Below are positions 9,452-20,025 of a stretch of DNA of 64,000 nt, piece by piece. Positions within the stretch are counted from its first letter, which is position 1. Each line of letters opens with the position of its first letter. Under the pieces are notes generated by a model that saw only the letters and a program-made list of their open reading frames with translations, searched no databases and was not told the origin of the DNA. Source of the stretch: an uncultured delta proteobacterium (lineage in GTDB: Bacteria; Desulfobacterota; Desulfobacteria; Desulfobacterales; UBA2156). The stretch spans positions 420,559 to 484,558 of the forward strand of contig CAVOQY010000013.1 of NCBI GenBank assembly GCA_963698465.1, written 5' to 3'. Both the position numbers and the translations under genes were made by a program.

Positions 9452-10525
9452 ATGGCAACAACCTACCGGATCGCGGTTCTCCCCGGAGACGGGATCGGAA
9501 AAGAAGTCACCGCTGTCGGCATCGACTGTCTCAATGCCGTCAAGGAGGTTTTTGGAAACTTCCAGTTCGAGTTCGTCCATCTCCCGTGGGGGAGCGATTT
9601 TTTTCTGAAACACGGCAAAATGATGCCGGACGACGGGCTTAAAATTTTAAGCGGCTTTCAAGCCATCTATCTGGGCGCGGTGGGGGACCCGCGGGTTCAG
9701 GATCACATCACCCTCCACGGTCTCCTGGTCCCCATCAAGATGGGCTTCGATCTCTACGTCGGTCTCAGGCCCGCCTATCTCTTTCCCGGCGTGGAAAGCC
9801 CTTTGGCCCGGCCCCCTGAAAACGGCATCGACATCGTGGTGATCAGGGAAAACAGCGAAGGGGAATATTGTCCCATCGGCGGCAGGTTCGGATTTGAAAA
9901 ACGTCATCTGGCGGTCCAGACCGCCCTTTTTACGAGGACCGGCATCGAGCGCATCGTCACCTACGCGTTCCAGTACGCCAGGGAAAAAAAGCGGAAAAAG
10001 GTGACTTCAGTCACCAAGAGCAATGCCCAAATCCATTCCATGGTCCTTTGGGATGAAGTCTTCAAGGAGGTCGCTTCCAGATATCCGGAGATCGCCACGG
10101 AATCGAAACTGGTGGATGCCGCCTGTCACGATGTGGTCCGAAACCCGGGAGGCTTCGACGTCATCGTCGCCTCCAACCTGTTTGCCGACATCCTTTCCGA
10201 CCTCACCGCGGCGATTACGGGAGGACTGGGGCTTGCGCCCGGCGGAAGCTTCAACCCCGAAAATCGAAGCCTTCCCGGCCTCTTCGACCCGGTACACGGC
10301 TCCGCTCCGGACATCGCCGGAAAGTGGATCGCAAATCCCATCGGGGCGGTTTTAACCGCTTCCATGATGCTGGAGTATTTGGGAAAACCGGAGGCCGCCA
10401 AACTCATTTTCAAAGCCGTGAACCTCAACTTGAGCCGGAAAGAAGTGAGGACCCGGGATCTCGGTGGAAAGTCGGGAACCAAAGCGGTCGGTGAGGACCT
10501 CGTCGCCATCCTGAAATCCTTTTGA
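9452..10525 (+). CDS. D-malate/tartrate dehydrogenase (decarboxylating), DmlA/TtuC-like member of the isocitrate/isopropylmalate dehydrogenase family
   Basis: 357 aa. IAVLPGDGIGKEV, HGKMMPDDG, VVIRENSEGEY, ASNLFADILSDL and FDPVHGSAPDIAGK align well (from memory) with E. coli DmlA/YeaU. Confidence 0.85.
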   Translation: MATTYRIAVLPGDGIGKEVTAVGIDCLNAVKEVFGNFQFEFVHLPWGSDFFLKHGKMMPDDGLKILSGFQAIYLGAVGDPRVQDHITLHGLLVPIKMGFDLYVGLRPAYLFPGVESPLARPPENGIDIVVIRENSEGEYCPIGGRFGFEKRHLAVQTALFTRTGIERIVTYAFQYAREKKRKKVTSVTKSNAQIHSMVLWDEVFKEVASRYPEIATESKLVDAACHDVVRNPGGFDVIVASNLFADILSDLTAAITGGLGLAPGGSFNPENRSLPGLFDPVHGSAPDIAGKWIANPIGAVLTASMMLEYLGKPEAAKLIFKAVNLNLSRKEVRTRDLGGKSGTKAVGEDLVAILKSF

Positions 10526-10553
10526 TCCTCCCCCTCGCGGCCAAGGTGTGAAA

Positions 10554-11969
10554 ATGGCCCTTATATACACCCTGGCCGTCGATCAGGGCACCCATGCCAC
10601 GCGGGCGATGCTTGTCGACAACCGGGGCGCCGTCGCGGCTTCCCGTTTCGTGCCCGTATCCCTGAGGCGCCGCGGGCGCGACCGGGTGGAACAGGACCCG
10701 GAGGAAATCGCCGATTCCCTCCACACCGTCGTCCAGGACCTGCTGTCTTGCCGCAGAGTTCGTTCCCGGGAGATCACGGCAGCCGGTCTGGCCACCCAGC
10801 GGTCCAGCATCGTGGCCTGGGACAAAAGAAACGGAAAGGCCCTTTCGCCGGTTTTGAGCTGGCAGGATCACCGCCGCGCCGCGTGGCTCCATCGGCTTCG
10901 CCCCCATGCTGAAAAAATCAAGGTTCTCAACGGCCTTACCCTGACGCCTTATTATGGGGCCAGCAAGATGCGCTGGTGTTTGGAACGCCTTCCGGAGGTC
11001 CGCCGGGCCCTCAAGGGAGGCTACTTGGTCATGGGCCCCCTCTCCAGCTTCCTGATTTTCCGTCTCCTCAAGGCCAATCCCGTGGTGGTCGACCATGCCA
11101 ATGCCCAGCGTACCCAGCTTTTTTCCCTCAAACGGCTGGACTGGGATCCCTGGCTTTGCTCTCTTTTTGGGGTCCCTCCGGAAGTCCTTCCCCGATGCCT
11201 TCCCGTTTGCCAGGATTACGGAACGCTTAAAGCCGCCGGGATACCGCTTGCCGCCGTCAACGGCGACCAGGCCGCCGCTTTCTTTTCCCTCGGCAGTCCC
11301 GCACGCAAGACAGCAGTCGTCAACATCGGGAGCGGGGCTTTTGTCCTGAGGTCCACAGGATACCGGTTGATCATGGAGGCGCTGCTTCTTTCCGGCATTG
11401 CCGACAGCTCCGCCTCAACGACCCGATACGTCCTGGAGGGTACCGTCAACGGTGCGGGTTCCGCCCTGGTATGGGCGCAAAAACAATGGAGCCTGCCGGA
11501 TCTTGAAAAACATCTTCCTTCATGGCTGGGGCAATCCGGAGAAATCCCGATTTTCCTTAATACCATCGGAGGGCTGGGTTCCCCGTGGTGGCGGACCGGA
11601 GTGCCGGCGGAAATCATCGGTCCCGACGCCCCTTGGCAGATTGCCGTGGGGGTGGTGGAAAGCATCCTGTTCATGCTCATGGCCAACCTGGAAAGGATGG
11701 CGCTGACCGGAGGGACCTTTGAGCGGATTCAGGTGAGCGGGGGGCTTTCCCGGTATGACGGCGTGTGCCAGCGCCTGGCCGATCTGACCCAACTTTCGGT
11801 CTACCGCCCTGCGGAAACCGAGGCTACAGTTCGGGGAATCGCCTGGCTGGCTCTGGCGCGGCCGACCAGGTGGCCGAAACCGGGCCGGGGGAAAAGGTTT
11901 CAACCCCGCTCCAACGCCGGGCTGCGGGAGCGCTACCGGAAATTCCGGTCCCTGATGGATGCGCTTTAA
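10554..11969 (+). CDS. FGGY-family carbohydrate kinase (glycerol-kinase-like), substrate unknown
   Basis: N-terminal LAVDQGTHATRAML phosphate-1 motif and a glycerol-kinase-like body. ORF opens at GTG 10548; the ATG at 10554 has an AAGG RBS. Confidence 0.8.
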   Translation: MALIYTLAVDQGTHATRAMLVDNRGAVAASRFVPVSLRRRGRDRVEQDPEEIADSLHTVVQDLLSCRRVRSREITAAGLATQRSSIVAWDKRNGKALSPVLSWQDHRRAAWLHRLRPHAEKIKVLNGLTLTPYYGASKMRWCLERLPEVRRALKGGYLVMGPLSSFLIFRLLKANPVVVDHANAQRTQLFSLKRLDWDPWLCSLFGVPPEVLPRCLPVCQDYGTLKAAGIPLAAVNGDQAAAFFSLGSPARKTAVVNIGSGAFVLRSTGYRLIMEALLLSGIADSSASTTRYVLEGTVNGAGSALVWAQKQWSLPDLEKHLPSWLGQSGEIPIFLNTIGGLGSPWWRTGVPAEIIGPDAPWQIAVGVVESILFMLMANLERMALTGGTFERIQVSGGLSRYDGVCQRLADLTQLSVYRPAETEATVRGIAWLALARPTRWPKPGRGKRFQPRSNAGLRERYRKFRSLMDAL

Positions 11970-11970
11970 T

Positions 11971-13056
11971 CTACAACGAACCGATTCGTTTCCGGGTGTC
12001 GCTGTCGAACAGATGGATGTTCTCCAGGCCGACGGAAAAAGGCAACACTTCGCCCTTTTTTACGTTTTTCGTCTCGGAGATCCTGACGGTCATGGGGGCA
12101 TCGGCCCCTATCAGCCGCCCGTGCACCAACGTGTCCGCACCGAGGATTTCCGCGTGTTCCACGCGGGAACGGAGGGCCGTGGCGGCGTCGGAGGCCGCCT
12201 TAAAATGCTCCGGGCGGATCCCCAGGATCACCGGTTTCCCCCGGTGCTCCGGGACCCCGTTTTGAGGCAGGGGCAACGACAGGCCTTCGTTTAAGGCCAG
12301 CGCCTTTCCGTCTTCCGTCACCCTTGCCTCGAAAAAGTTCATGGCCGGCGAACCGATGAACCCCGCCACGAAGGTGTTGGCCGGTCTGCTGTAGACTTCC
12401 AGCGGGGATCCGATCTGTTCGGCATATCCGTTTTCCATGATCAAGAGTCGATCTCCCAAGGTCATGGCCTCCACCTGGTCGTGGGTGACGAAGACGCTGG
12501 TGATGCGCAGATCTTCATGGAGCCTGCGTATCTCCAGGCGCATCTGAGCCCTTAATTTGGCATCCAGGTTGCTCAGCGGCTCGTCGAAGAGAAATGCCTT
12601 GGGCTCCCTGACAATGCAGCGTCCCATGGCTACCCGCTGTCTCTGCCCGCCGGACAGCTCCCTCGGTTTCCTTTCCAGCAATTCTTTCAGCTCCAGGATT
12701 TTAGCCGCGTTAAGGACCCTTCTGCGGATTTCGTCTTTGGGCATGCGCCGGATTTTAAGCCCATAGGCCATGTTGTTGAACACGGTCATATGGGGATAGA
12801 GGGCATAGTTCTGAAAAACCATGGCGATGTCACGGGCGGCCGGCTCCAGGTCGTTGACCAGTTTCTCGTCGATGAAAATCTCCCCGGAGGTGATGACCTC
12901 CAGCCCGGCGATCATTCTCAGCACCGTGGATTTACCGCAGCCGGAGGGCCCGAGGATCACCAGGAATTCACCGTCGCCGATATCGCAGGAGATCCCGTGA
13001 ATGATTTCGCTTTTTCCGAAGGATTTATGAATGTCTTTCAGCTGGATCCGGGCCAT
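11971..13056 (-). CDS. ugpC: sn-glycerol-3-phosphate ABC transporter ATP-binding protein
   Basis: Walker A GPSGCGKST, signature LSGGQRQRVAMGR, and a MalK/UgpC-type C-terminal regulatory domain. Last gene of the ugpBAEC order. Confidence 0.85.
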   Translation of the reverse strand: MARIQLKDIHKSFGKSEIIHGISCDIGDGEFLVILGPSGCGKSTVLRMIAGLEVITSGEIFIDEKLVNDLEPAARDIAMVFQNYALYPHMTVFNNMAYGLKIRRMPKDEIRRRVLNAAKILELKELLERKPRELSGGQRQRVAMGRCIVREPKAFLFDEPLSNLDAKLRAQMRLEIRRLHEDLRITSVFVTHDQVEAMTLGDRLLIMENGYAEQIGSPLEVYSRPANTFVAGFIGSPAMNFFEARVTEDGKALALNEGLSLPLPQNGVPEHRGKPVILGIRPEHFKAASDAATALRSRVEHAEILGADTLVHGRLIGADAPMTVRISETKNVKKGEVLPFSVGLENIHLFDSDTRKRIGSL

Positions 13057-13065
13057 GGCATGGGC

Positions 13066-13908
13066 TCACTTTTCCGTTTCGGTCATGCCCTTGACAAACT
13101 GCTTCTGCATGAAAACGACGACGAGCACCGGCGGCAGCATGGCGAGCATGGTGGAAGCCATGATGATGTGCCACTCCGCCTGCCCCTCCCCGACGTCCAG
13201 CATGCGCTTGATGCCGATCAGAAGGGTGTAGTATTTCTGGTCGCTTGTGATCAGAAGCGGCCAGAGGTATTGGTTCCATCCGTAAATAAAGAGGATCACG
13301 AAGAGCGCCGCGATCGAAGTGCGCGACATTGGAAGCAGGATGTCGAAAAAAAACCGCATGGGCCCTCCGCCGTCGATTCGGTGCGCCTCGCAGAGCTCGT
13401 CCGGCACGGTCATGAAGAACTGGCGGAAGAGAAAGGTGGCCGTAGCCGAGGCGATCAGGGGGAAAATGAGCCCGCCGTAGGAGTCGAGCAGCTTCAAGTC
13501 GGCTGCGATTTTGTAGGTGGGCAGGATGCGGACTTCGACCGGCAGCATGAGCGTTATGAAGATCATCCAGAAAAAGACCAGGCGTAACCGGAATCGAAAA
13601 TAGACGATGGCAAATGCCGCAAGAAGCGAGATCGTGATCTTCCCAAAGGTGATCCCGAGCGCCATGATGAGGCTGTTCAGCATCATGGCACCGACGGTTG
13701 CCCCCACGTCCCGCGGGCCCACGGTGAGTGCGCGCAGGTAGTTCTCGACCAGGTGGCTGCCGGGTAAAAGGGGAAAGGAGCGGGTGATCTCCTCGAGGGA
13801 GTGCGTTGAGGCGACGAAGGTGATGTAGATCGGAAAGGCGATCACCACCGTGCCGAGCACGAGCAGGGCGTGGGTTACAAACGTCTTGAAGGGTCGGTGT
13901 TCAACCAT
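13066..13908 (-). CDS. ugpE: sn-glycerol-3-phosphate ABC transporter permease
   Basis: 280-aa BPD-type permease positioned between ugpA and ugpC. Confidence 0.85.
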   Translation of the reverse strand: MVEHRPFKTFVTHALLVLGTVVIAFPIYITFVASTHSLEEITRSFPLLPGSHLVENYLRALTVGPRDVGATVGAMMLNSLIMALGITFGKITISLLAAFAIVYFRFRLRLVFFWMIFITLMLPVEVRILPTYKIAADLKLLDSYGGLIFPLIASATATFLFRQFFMTVPDELCEAHRIDGGGPMRFFFDILLPMSRTSIAALFVILFIYGWNQYLWPLLITSDQKYYTLLIGIKRMLDVGEGQAEWHIIMASTMLAMLPPVLVVVFMQKQFVKGMTETEK

Positions 13909-13923
13909 GGCAGACGGCCGAGC

Positions 13924-14805
13924 TCAGTAATGCACTTTGCGTTCGATGTAGCGGAACTGGACGACGGTAAGCATGATCACCACGATCATCAGAACAGCCG
14001 ATTGGGCGGCCGAGCCCCCCAAATCCAGATTGATGAACCCATCGTTGAACACCTTGTACACCAGGATGTTGGTGGCATAATTGGGCCCGCCGCGGGTGAT
14101 GGCGTGGATCACGCCGAAGGTGTCGAAAAATGCGTAAACGATGTTCACCACGATAAGGAAGAACAGCGTAGGCGAGAGAAGCGGAAAGACGATGGTCCGG
14201 AAACGCCGCCATGGGCTCGCCCCGTCGATGGCTGCAGCCTCGATGAACGAGTGGGGGATCGCCTGGAGACCGGCCAGGAAAAACAGGAAATTGTAGGCGA
14301 TCTCGCGCCAGGCCGCGGCGATGATGACGAGGATCATGGCCTGGGTTCCGTTCAGGGTGTGGTTCCAGTTGACGCCCGCGGACCTCAAAAAGAAGGAGAC
14401 CATGCCGACCGTCGGGTTGAAAAGAAAGAACCAGAGCACCGCCGCCACCACGGGCGCGACGGCATAGGGCCAGATGATGAGTGTCTTGTAGACGGTGGCT
14501 CCCCGCACGGCCCGGTCGGCCAGCACGGCAAGGCCGAGGGCGACGCTCATGGCGATGCCACCGACCGCCAGACTGAAAACGAGGGTCACGCGGAAGGAGC
14601 CAAGGTATTCCGCGCTCGTGAATAGGTACGCAAAATTTTCAAACCAGACGAAGACGGACGAGGTCCCGAAGGCGTCCTCCCTCAGAAGAGACTGGAACAG
14701 GGCCTGGGAGGCGGGCCAGATGAAGAACACCAGGGTAATGAGGATCTGGGGTGCCACGAGAATGTAAGGCAGGACCCGGTTTTTAAAGACGACCCTTTTT
14801 CCCAT
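13924..14805 (-). CDS. ugpA: sn-glycerol-3-phosphate ABC transporter permease
   Basis: 293-aa BPD-type permease downstream of ugpB. Confidence 0.85.
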   Translation of the reverse strand: MGKRVVFKNRVLPYILVAPQILITLVFFIWPASQALFQSLLREDAFGTSSVFVWFENFAYLFTSAEYLGSFRVTLVFSLAVGGIAMSVALGLAVLADRAVRGATVYKTLIIWPYAVAPVVAAVLWFFLFNPTVGMVSFFLRSAGVNWNHTLNGTQAMILVIIAAAWREIAYNFLFFLAGLQAIPHSFIEAAAIDGASPWRRFRTIVFPLLSPTLFFLIVVNIVYAFFDTFGVIHAITRGGPNYATNILVYKVFNDGFINLDLGGSAAQSAVLMIVVIMLTVVQFRYIERKVHY

Positions 14806-14925
14806 GCGCCCTCCGCGGAGCCCTCCAGCATCCTGTGTCGGTTGGCACGAAATCCGAGTTCCTCTATTTGGGGTCGAGGGCCTTTGCTTGGCCCCTCGAC
14901 CCCTTGGTCCCTCGAACCCGGCTTT

Positions 14926-16251
14926 TTACTTGTTCGCCTTTTCGAATTTTCTCAACAGCTCGTTGCTTGCCTTGACCGCGTCATCGAGACCCTGCTTGGC
15001 AGTCTTTTGGCCCGCAAAAATGGCCTCGAATTCGTTGTCCATGATATCGCGGGTCTTGGCGTGGTCGCCGAACCGCAGGCCCTTGGAGTTCTCGGTCGGC
15101 TTGTTCAGGGTCATCTGCTTGAGGGCAGTCTCGGTTCCCGGGTTCTTCTCGTAAAACCCCTGTTTCTTGGTCAGCTCGTAGGCCGCAAGCGTGATGGGCA
15201 GGTAGCCGGTCCCCTGGTGCCATTCGGCCTGGATTTCAGGCTTGGAGAGGTAGTTGAAGAAGGCGGCAACCCCCTTGTACTCTTCCGGTTTGTGTCCCCT
15301 GAGGACCCAAAGGCTCGCTCCGCCGATGATCGTGTTCTGGGGGGCGCCTTTGACATCCGGCCAGTAGGGCAGCATGGAAGTCATAAACTCGAACTGGGCG
15401 GTCTTCTTGAAGCCAGCGTACCCGGCAGAGGATTCGGTGTACATGGCCACCTCGCCCGATGAGAACTTCGCGTTGCCGGTATTGGTGCGCCCGCCGTAGA
15501 CAAACACCTTGTCCTTCTGCCAGTCGGCGAGCTGCTGGAAGTGCTTGATCTGCAGGGGGCCATTGAACATGTACTCGGCGTCCAGGCCGCCGAAGCCATT
15601 GGCCTTGGTGCCGAGTGGGACATTGTGCCAGGCACTCAAGTTCTCGATGTGGATCCAGCCGTTCCAGGCCGATGAAAACCCGGCCTGGCAGACTCCGGCC
15701 TTAACCAGTTTTTTTGCGGCTTCTCCCACCTCAGGCCAAGTCTTGGGTGGATTGTTGGGGTCGAGCCCCGCCTTCTTGAACATATCAATGTTGAAATACA
15801 GGACCGGGGTCGAGCTGTTGAAGGGCATGGAGATCATTTTGCCGTCTCCGGTGGTGTAATAGCCGGTCACGGTTGGCAGGTAAGCGTTCGGGTCAAAGGG
15901 AAGCCCGGATTCTGCCATGACCTCGTATACCGGCTTTACAGCCCCTTTGGCAGCCATCATGGTAGCGGTCCCCACTTCGAAAACCTGCAGGATGTGCGGT
16001 GGGGTCTTAGCCCGGAACGCGGCAATACCGGCGTTCATCGTGTCGGAGTAATTGCCTTTGTAGGTCGGTACCACCTGGTGCTTGTCCTGGCTCTTGTTGA
16101 ACCCCTCGCAGATGGCGTTCACCCGCTCTCCGAGGGCGCCGCCGTGGGCGTGCCACCAGTTGATGGTGACGGGCTCGGCCAAGGCCGAAAGTGGATAGAG
16201 CATCATCACCGCGACGATCAAAATCACCTTGCATTTCTTGCTTGCGATCAT
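14926..16251 (-). CDS. ugpB: sn-glycerol-3-phosphate ABC transporter substrate-binding protein
   Basis: ORF opens at 16431, but the ATG at 16251 (MIASKKCKVILIVAV... signal peptide, GGAGG RBS) is the likely start. Long collinear similarity (from memory) to E. coli UgpB (VPTYKGNY, IAAFR, ILQVFEVGTATMMA, PFNSSTPVLY, KTWPE, PQNTIIGGASLWV, GYLPIT). Confidence 0.9.
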   Translation of the reverse strand: MIASKKCKVILIVAVMMLYPLSALAEPVTINWWHAHGGALGERVNAICEGFNKSQDKHQVVPTYKGNYSDTMNAGIAAFRAKTPPHILQVFEVGTATMMAAKGAVKPVYEVMAESGLPFDPNAYLPTVTGYYTTGDGKMISMPFNSSTPVLYFNIDMFKKAGLDPNNPPKTWPEVGEAAKKLVKAGVCQAGFSSAWNGWIHIENLSAWHNVPLGTKANGFGGLDAEYMFNGPLQIKHFQQLADWQKDKVFVYGGRTNTGNAKFSSGEVAMYTESSAGYAGFKKTAQFEFMTSMLPYWPDVKGAPQNTIIGGASLWVLRGHKPEEYKGVAAFFNYLSKPEIQAEWHQGTGYLPITLAAYELTKKQGFYEKNPGTETALKQMTLNKPTENSKGLRFGDHAKTRDIMDNEFEAIFAGQKTAKQGLDDAVKASNELLRKFEKANK

Positions 16252-16482
16252 AGAGCCTCCTTTCCTGTTGTCCGTATGTTTTTCCAATTCAGGGTTTCTG
16301 ACCCCCCCTGCAAAGACAAGACAAACAAACCAGCGCCAATCGGAGAAACGATCGGGTCCGCCTGGATTCCGTCGACCCTTTTCCGACCCGTAAAAAAGCA
16401 GGCCTTTGTTGCGTACCAAAAAGACGGCCATGGGTCAATAAAAGCCTCTTCTTTTTAACCCGTCTCATCATTGTCTTTACCT

Positions 16483-16560
16483 CGTCATTCCGGCATGCTT
16501 TAAGCCGGAATCCAGTGAACCGCAACTTTTTCTGGATGCCGGATCAAGTCCGGTACGACG
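16483..16560. repeat. Nested palindromic intergenic element (REP/MITE-like)
   Basis: ATTCCGGC (16487-16494) pairs with GCCGGAAT (16504-16511). CCGGAATCCAG (16505-16515) pairs with CTGGATGCCGG (16532-16542) with one mismatch. CCGGA-TCAAG-TCCGG lies at 16539-16553. The element sits between the divergent ugpB and phosphodiesterase genes. Confidence 0.4.
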
Positions 16561-16675
16561 GTACTCTTTCGCGACGGTTAACAATTTGGCACCCCGGGGT
16601 CAGGACCTGCCTACACCTTGACTCGAAAGGGGAAGTTTTTTATTGTGCTCCAACGGTTATTGAAAGGGAGTTTTG

Positions 16676-17710
16676 ATGCTGTACCCAGAGCGATTTTCCG
16701 CAGCCAAAAAACTGCTTGTTATAATCCTGATCGGCCCGTGTCTCATCGGGCTGGCCTCAGGCTGCATAAAAAGCGGAAAAGCGCTTCAGAACCCAACTTT
16801 CAACAAGGAGAGGGAAAACATGGTGCTCGTCGGCCATCGCGGCGCGGCAGGGCTTGCCCCTGAGAACACGCTTGCCGCATTTCGAAAAGCCATGGAGTTT
16901 CGTGTGGATGGACTGGAATTGGATGTCTTCGTTTCCGCCGACGGGGAAGTGGTGGTGCATCACGATTTCATGCTGAAGCCGGAAATCACCCGGACGATAG
17001 ATGGGCACTGGCTTTCGGATCAGGATCGAAAGGCCATCAAGGATCTGACGCTTGACCAGCTGAAAAGCTACGACGTGGGGCGGCTGAAGACCTCCACGGT
17101 TTATGCCAGGCGATACCCCCATCAGCAGCCCGTGGACGGGGAACGGATCCCAATACTCCGGGAGGTCATCGGGCTTTTAAAAGAACGGAACGACACCCAG
17201 ACCGGTCTTTGGGTAGAAATTAAGACCTCCCCGGAGACGCCGGAACTCACCCCCGGGCCCGACCAGGTCGTGGAGGCGGTCATCGCGGTGTTGAAGAGCG
17301 AAAGCGTCTTGAATCGATCGCGTATCCTTTCCTTCGATTGGCGGCCCCTGTTATACTGCCAAAAGCGATATCCAGAAGTCCCGCTGGTTTTTCTTTCCTA
17401 TTCCGGGACAAATCTCGACAACATCAAACCGGGACATCCCGGCCCTTCCCCATGGACCGCCGGCATCGATGTGGACGACTTCGGCGGCTCCATCCCCCGG
17501 GCGATCCACCATTTGGGAGGGAGGAACTGGGGGCCCCATTTCCGGTCGCTGAGAGCCGATGCCGTCGCCGAGGCCCATCGCCTCGGCATCAAAGTCTTCC
17601 CTTGGACGCCGGACGACAAAGACGACATGGACCGGCTGGTCCGCCTGGGGGTCAATGGCATCATCACCAATCGGCCCGACGTGTTCCGCTCCCTGATGCC
17701 CGTTCCATGA
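16676..17710 (+). CDS. Glycerophosphodiester phosphodiesterase (GlpQ/UgpQ family), probable lipoprotein
   Basis: GDPD motifs VGHRGAAGLAPENTLAAF and LELDVFVSADGEVVVHHD. Lipobox-like LIGLASGC. ORF opens at TTG 16673; the ATG at 16676 follows a GGGAG RBS. Confidence 0.85.
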   Translation: MLYPERFSAAKKLLVIILIGPCLIGLASGCIKSGKALQNPTFNKERENMVLVGHRGAAGLAPENTLAAFRKAMEFRVDGLELDVFVSADGEVVVHHDFMLKPEITRTIDGHWLSDQDRKAIKDLTLDQLKSYDVGRLKTSTVYARRYPHQQPVDGERIPILREVIGLLKERNDTQTGLWVEIKTSPETPELTPGPDQVVEAVIAVLKSESVLNRSRILSFDWRPLLYCQKRYPEVPLVFLSYSGTNLDNIKPGHPGPSPWTAGIDVDDFGGSIPRAIHHLGGRNWGPHFRSLRADAVAEAHRLGIKVFPWTPDDKDDMDRLVRLGVNGIITNRPDVFRSLMPVP

Positions 17711-17818
17711 CGGATTTTCATCTGACCCGGAGACGCGCCTCCATCCCCGGGTCCTAAGATTTAGGCCGGGGTTTAATAAAACCGCTCCCTCAGAACTTGC
17801 CTCGAATCTTTAGAGGCG

Positions 17819-19993
17819 ATGCCTAAAGAGCTTTTTTTTATGTCTGTTTCAGATCCCAAAGCCGAGGGAAAGACAGCGGTCACGACGACCTGCTCCTTCG
17901 ACTGCGGTGCGCGCTGTCTCCTGAAGGTCCGTGTTCAAAACGGAAAGGTTTCCCGCATCGCCGCGGATCCTCGGGGCGGTTTTCACCTCCGGCCGTGCCT
18001 GCGGGGATTGTCCCAAAAAGAGGTGGTGCACGCTCGCGATCGACTCACGCGCCCCCTCAAGCGGCTCGGCAAAAGGGGAAGCGGAGAGTTCATGCCCGTC
18101 TCCTGGGACGAGGCCCTGGACACGGTGGCTTCTCAGCTGAGAACGGTCCGGGATTCCTGGGGCCCGGAATCCATTTTCCTGATGGATTACTACGGTAACG
18201 AAGGCGCGCTGCATGACACCCGCAGGACCGCACACCGGTTTTTTCATCTGTTCGGCGGCTGCACCAGCGCCTGGGGCAGCACTTCCATGGAAGCAGCGGT
18301 TTTTGCCTCCGACGCCACCTTGGGGAGTCAGTACACCGCCAACAGCCGCGAAAACCTGCTGAAATCAAAGTTGATCATCCTCTGGGGTTGGGATCCGCTC
18401 ATATCCCGGTTCAGGCCGGACACGTGGCACTTTCTGAAAAAAGCCAAGGACCGCGGAATTCGCATCCTTTGCGTGGACCCCCGCCGCAATCGTACGGCAA
18501 AAGCCTTGTCCTGTCCCTGGATCCCGGTGAAGCCCGGAACCGACACCGCCCTGCTCCTCGCCATGGCCTATGTGATCCTCGTCGAGGACCTTTTCGACGC
18601 GCTTTTCGTGAATCGATACACCCACGGCTTCGACGCCTTCAAGGCCTATGTCCTGGGGGGCAGCAACCGAACCCCCAAGTCTCCTCGTTGGGCAGCTCCG
18701 ATAACGGGTGTCGAACCCGAGGTCATCCAAAGCCTTGCGCGGGCCTACGCCACCCATAAACCGGCAGCGCTTTGCACCGGATGGGCTCCGGGCCGGACGG
18801 CCTTCGGAGAACAGTTTCACCGGGCGGCCATGGTCCTGGCGGCCCTGACGGGAAACATCGGCGTCCCCGGGGGCCATGTGGCCGGGGGCACGGATCGGAT
18901 GCCTCTGGGGCTGTTGAGCCGGTCATTTCCGGTGCCTTCCGAACGCTTTCCCCGTGTGCACGTGAGCCGGGTTTACGATGCCATTTTGGAGGGGAAATCA
19001 GGAGGGTTTTCCAGCGACATCCATGTCCTTTATGTCGTCGGATGCAACCTCTTGAACCAGTTCCTCAACCTCAACAAAGGCGTCCGTGCACTGAATCAGG
19101 TCGGTTTTACCGTGGTGCACGATCTTTTCCTAACCCCCACGGCCCGGTATGCGGACATCGTCCTGCCTGTGACTCACTATCTGGAAAAAGAGGATATCGG
19201 CTCTCCATGGCTGGGTGGCCCGTACCTGATCCACATGCCCCCTGCAGTCGAACCGCCTTCCGGGGTCCGCTCCGACCTTGACATCTTTTCTTTGCTTGCC
19301 GAACGGCTCCAGGTACCGGGTTACAATCCGAAAACAGAAAGGCAGTGGCTTGAAGAATTCTTCGGGAAGACGGCGGGCCTGCCTGACTTCGAATCCTTCA
19401 GAAAAAAAGGATTCCACTTTTTTGATAAAACGACGCCCTGGGTTGCCTTCAGGAAGCAGATTGAAGACCCCAAAAGGCATCCCTTCTCCACCCCTTCTGG
19501 AAAGATCGAGCTCTTCAGTGAAAAGATCGCCGCCCTACAGGATCCGAGGCTTTCACCGATACCCACCCACACGGATTCCTGGGAAGGCCCGCAGGACCCC
19601 CTCTTCGATCGATACCCCCTCCAACTGATCAGCCCTCACGCCAGGACCCGCGTCAACTCCCAATTCGACAACATTCCTTTTCTCAAGGAAAAGGCGGACG
19701 ACCGCATCTGGCTGAATCCGGCCGACGCCCGCCTTCGGGGCATTTCCGATGGAGACCCAGTGGTGGTTTACAACGGACGCGGCCGCCTCCGCGTGCCCGC
19801 AAGAGTCACCCCGGACATCATGCCCGGCGTGGCGAGCCTGGATGCCGGCGCCTGGTATCGGCCCGACGCCTCCGGGACAGACACCGGGGGGTGCGTGAAC
19901 GTACTGACCCTCGACCGCGCTTCGCCGGGGGGCGCATTCCCTTGCAACAGCTGCCTGGTGGAAATCGCAAAGGACCCTTTGCCGACCTCCTGA
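17819..19993 (+). CDS. Molybdopterin (Mo/W-bisPGD) oxidoreductase, DMSO-reductase superfamily, cytoplasmic, substrate unknown
   Basis: 724 aa. N-terminal Fe-S motif CSFDCGARC...C, no Tat signal, and a typical family body and C-terminal beta-barrel region ([29 protein letters not shown]). Confidence 0.85.
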   Translation: MPKELFFMSVSDPKAEGKTAVTTTCSFDCGARCLLKVRVQNGKVSRIAADPRGGFHLRPCLRGLSQKEVVHARDRLTRPLKRLGKRGSGEFMPVSWDEALDTVASQLRTVRDSWGPESIFLMDYYGNEGALHDTRRTAHRFFHLFGGCTSAWGSTSMEAAVFASDATLGSQYTANSRENLLKSKLIILWGWDPLISRFRPDTWHFLKKAKDRGIRILCVDPRRNRTAKALSCPWIPVKPGTDTALLLAMAYVILVEDLFDALFVNRYTHGFDAFKAYVLGGSNRTPKSPRWAAPITGVEPEVIQSLARAYATHKPAALCTGWAPGRTAFGEQFHRAAMVLAALTGNIGVPGGHVAGGTDRMPLGLLSRSFPVPSERFPRVHVSRVYDAILEGKSGGFSSDIHVLYVVGCNLLNQFLNLNKGVRALNQVGFTVVHDLFLTPTARYADIVLPVTHYLEKEDIGSPWLGGPYLIHMPPAVEPPSGVRSDLDIFSLLAERLQVPGYNPKTERQWLEEFFGKTAGLPDFESFRKKGFHFFDKTTPWVAFRKQIEDPKRHPFSTPSGKIELFSEKIAALQDPRLSPIPTHTDSWEGPQDPLFDRYPLQLISPHARTRVNSQFDNIPFLKEKADDRIWLNPADARLRGISDGDPVVVYNGRGRLRVPARVTPDIMPGVASLDAGAWYRPDASGTDTGGCVNVLTLDRASPGGAFPCNSCLVEIAKDPLPTS

Positions 19994-20025
19994 GGGTGGC
20001 CATCGGCCACGAGCCCCGAATTCCG

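Noticed and set aside
17711-17818. Possible Moco riboswitch upstream of the first molybdoenzyme gene (also checked at 47540-47621)
   Set aside because: The region is too short, and I could not find the conserved Moco-motif stems or loops by eye. A covariance-model scan would be needed to exclude it formally.
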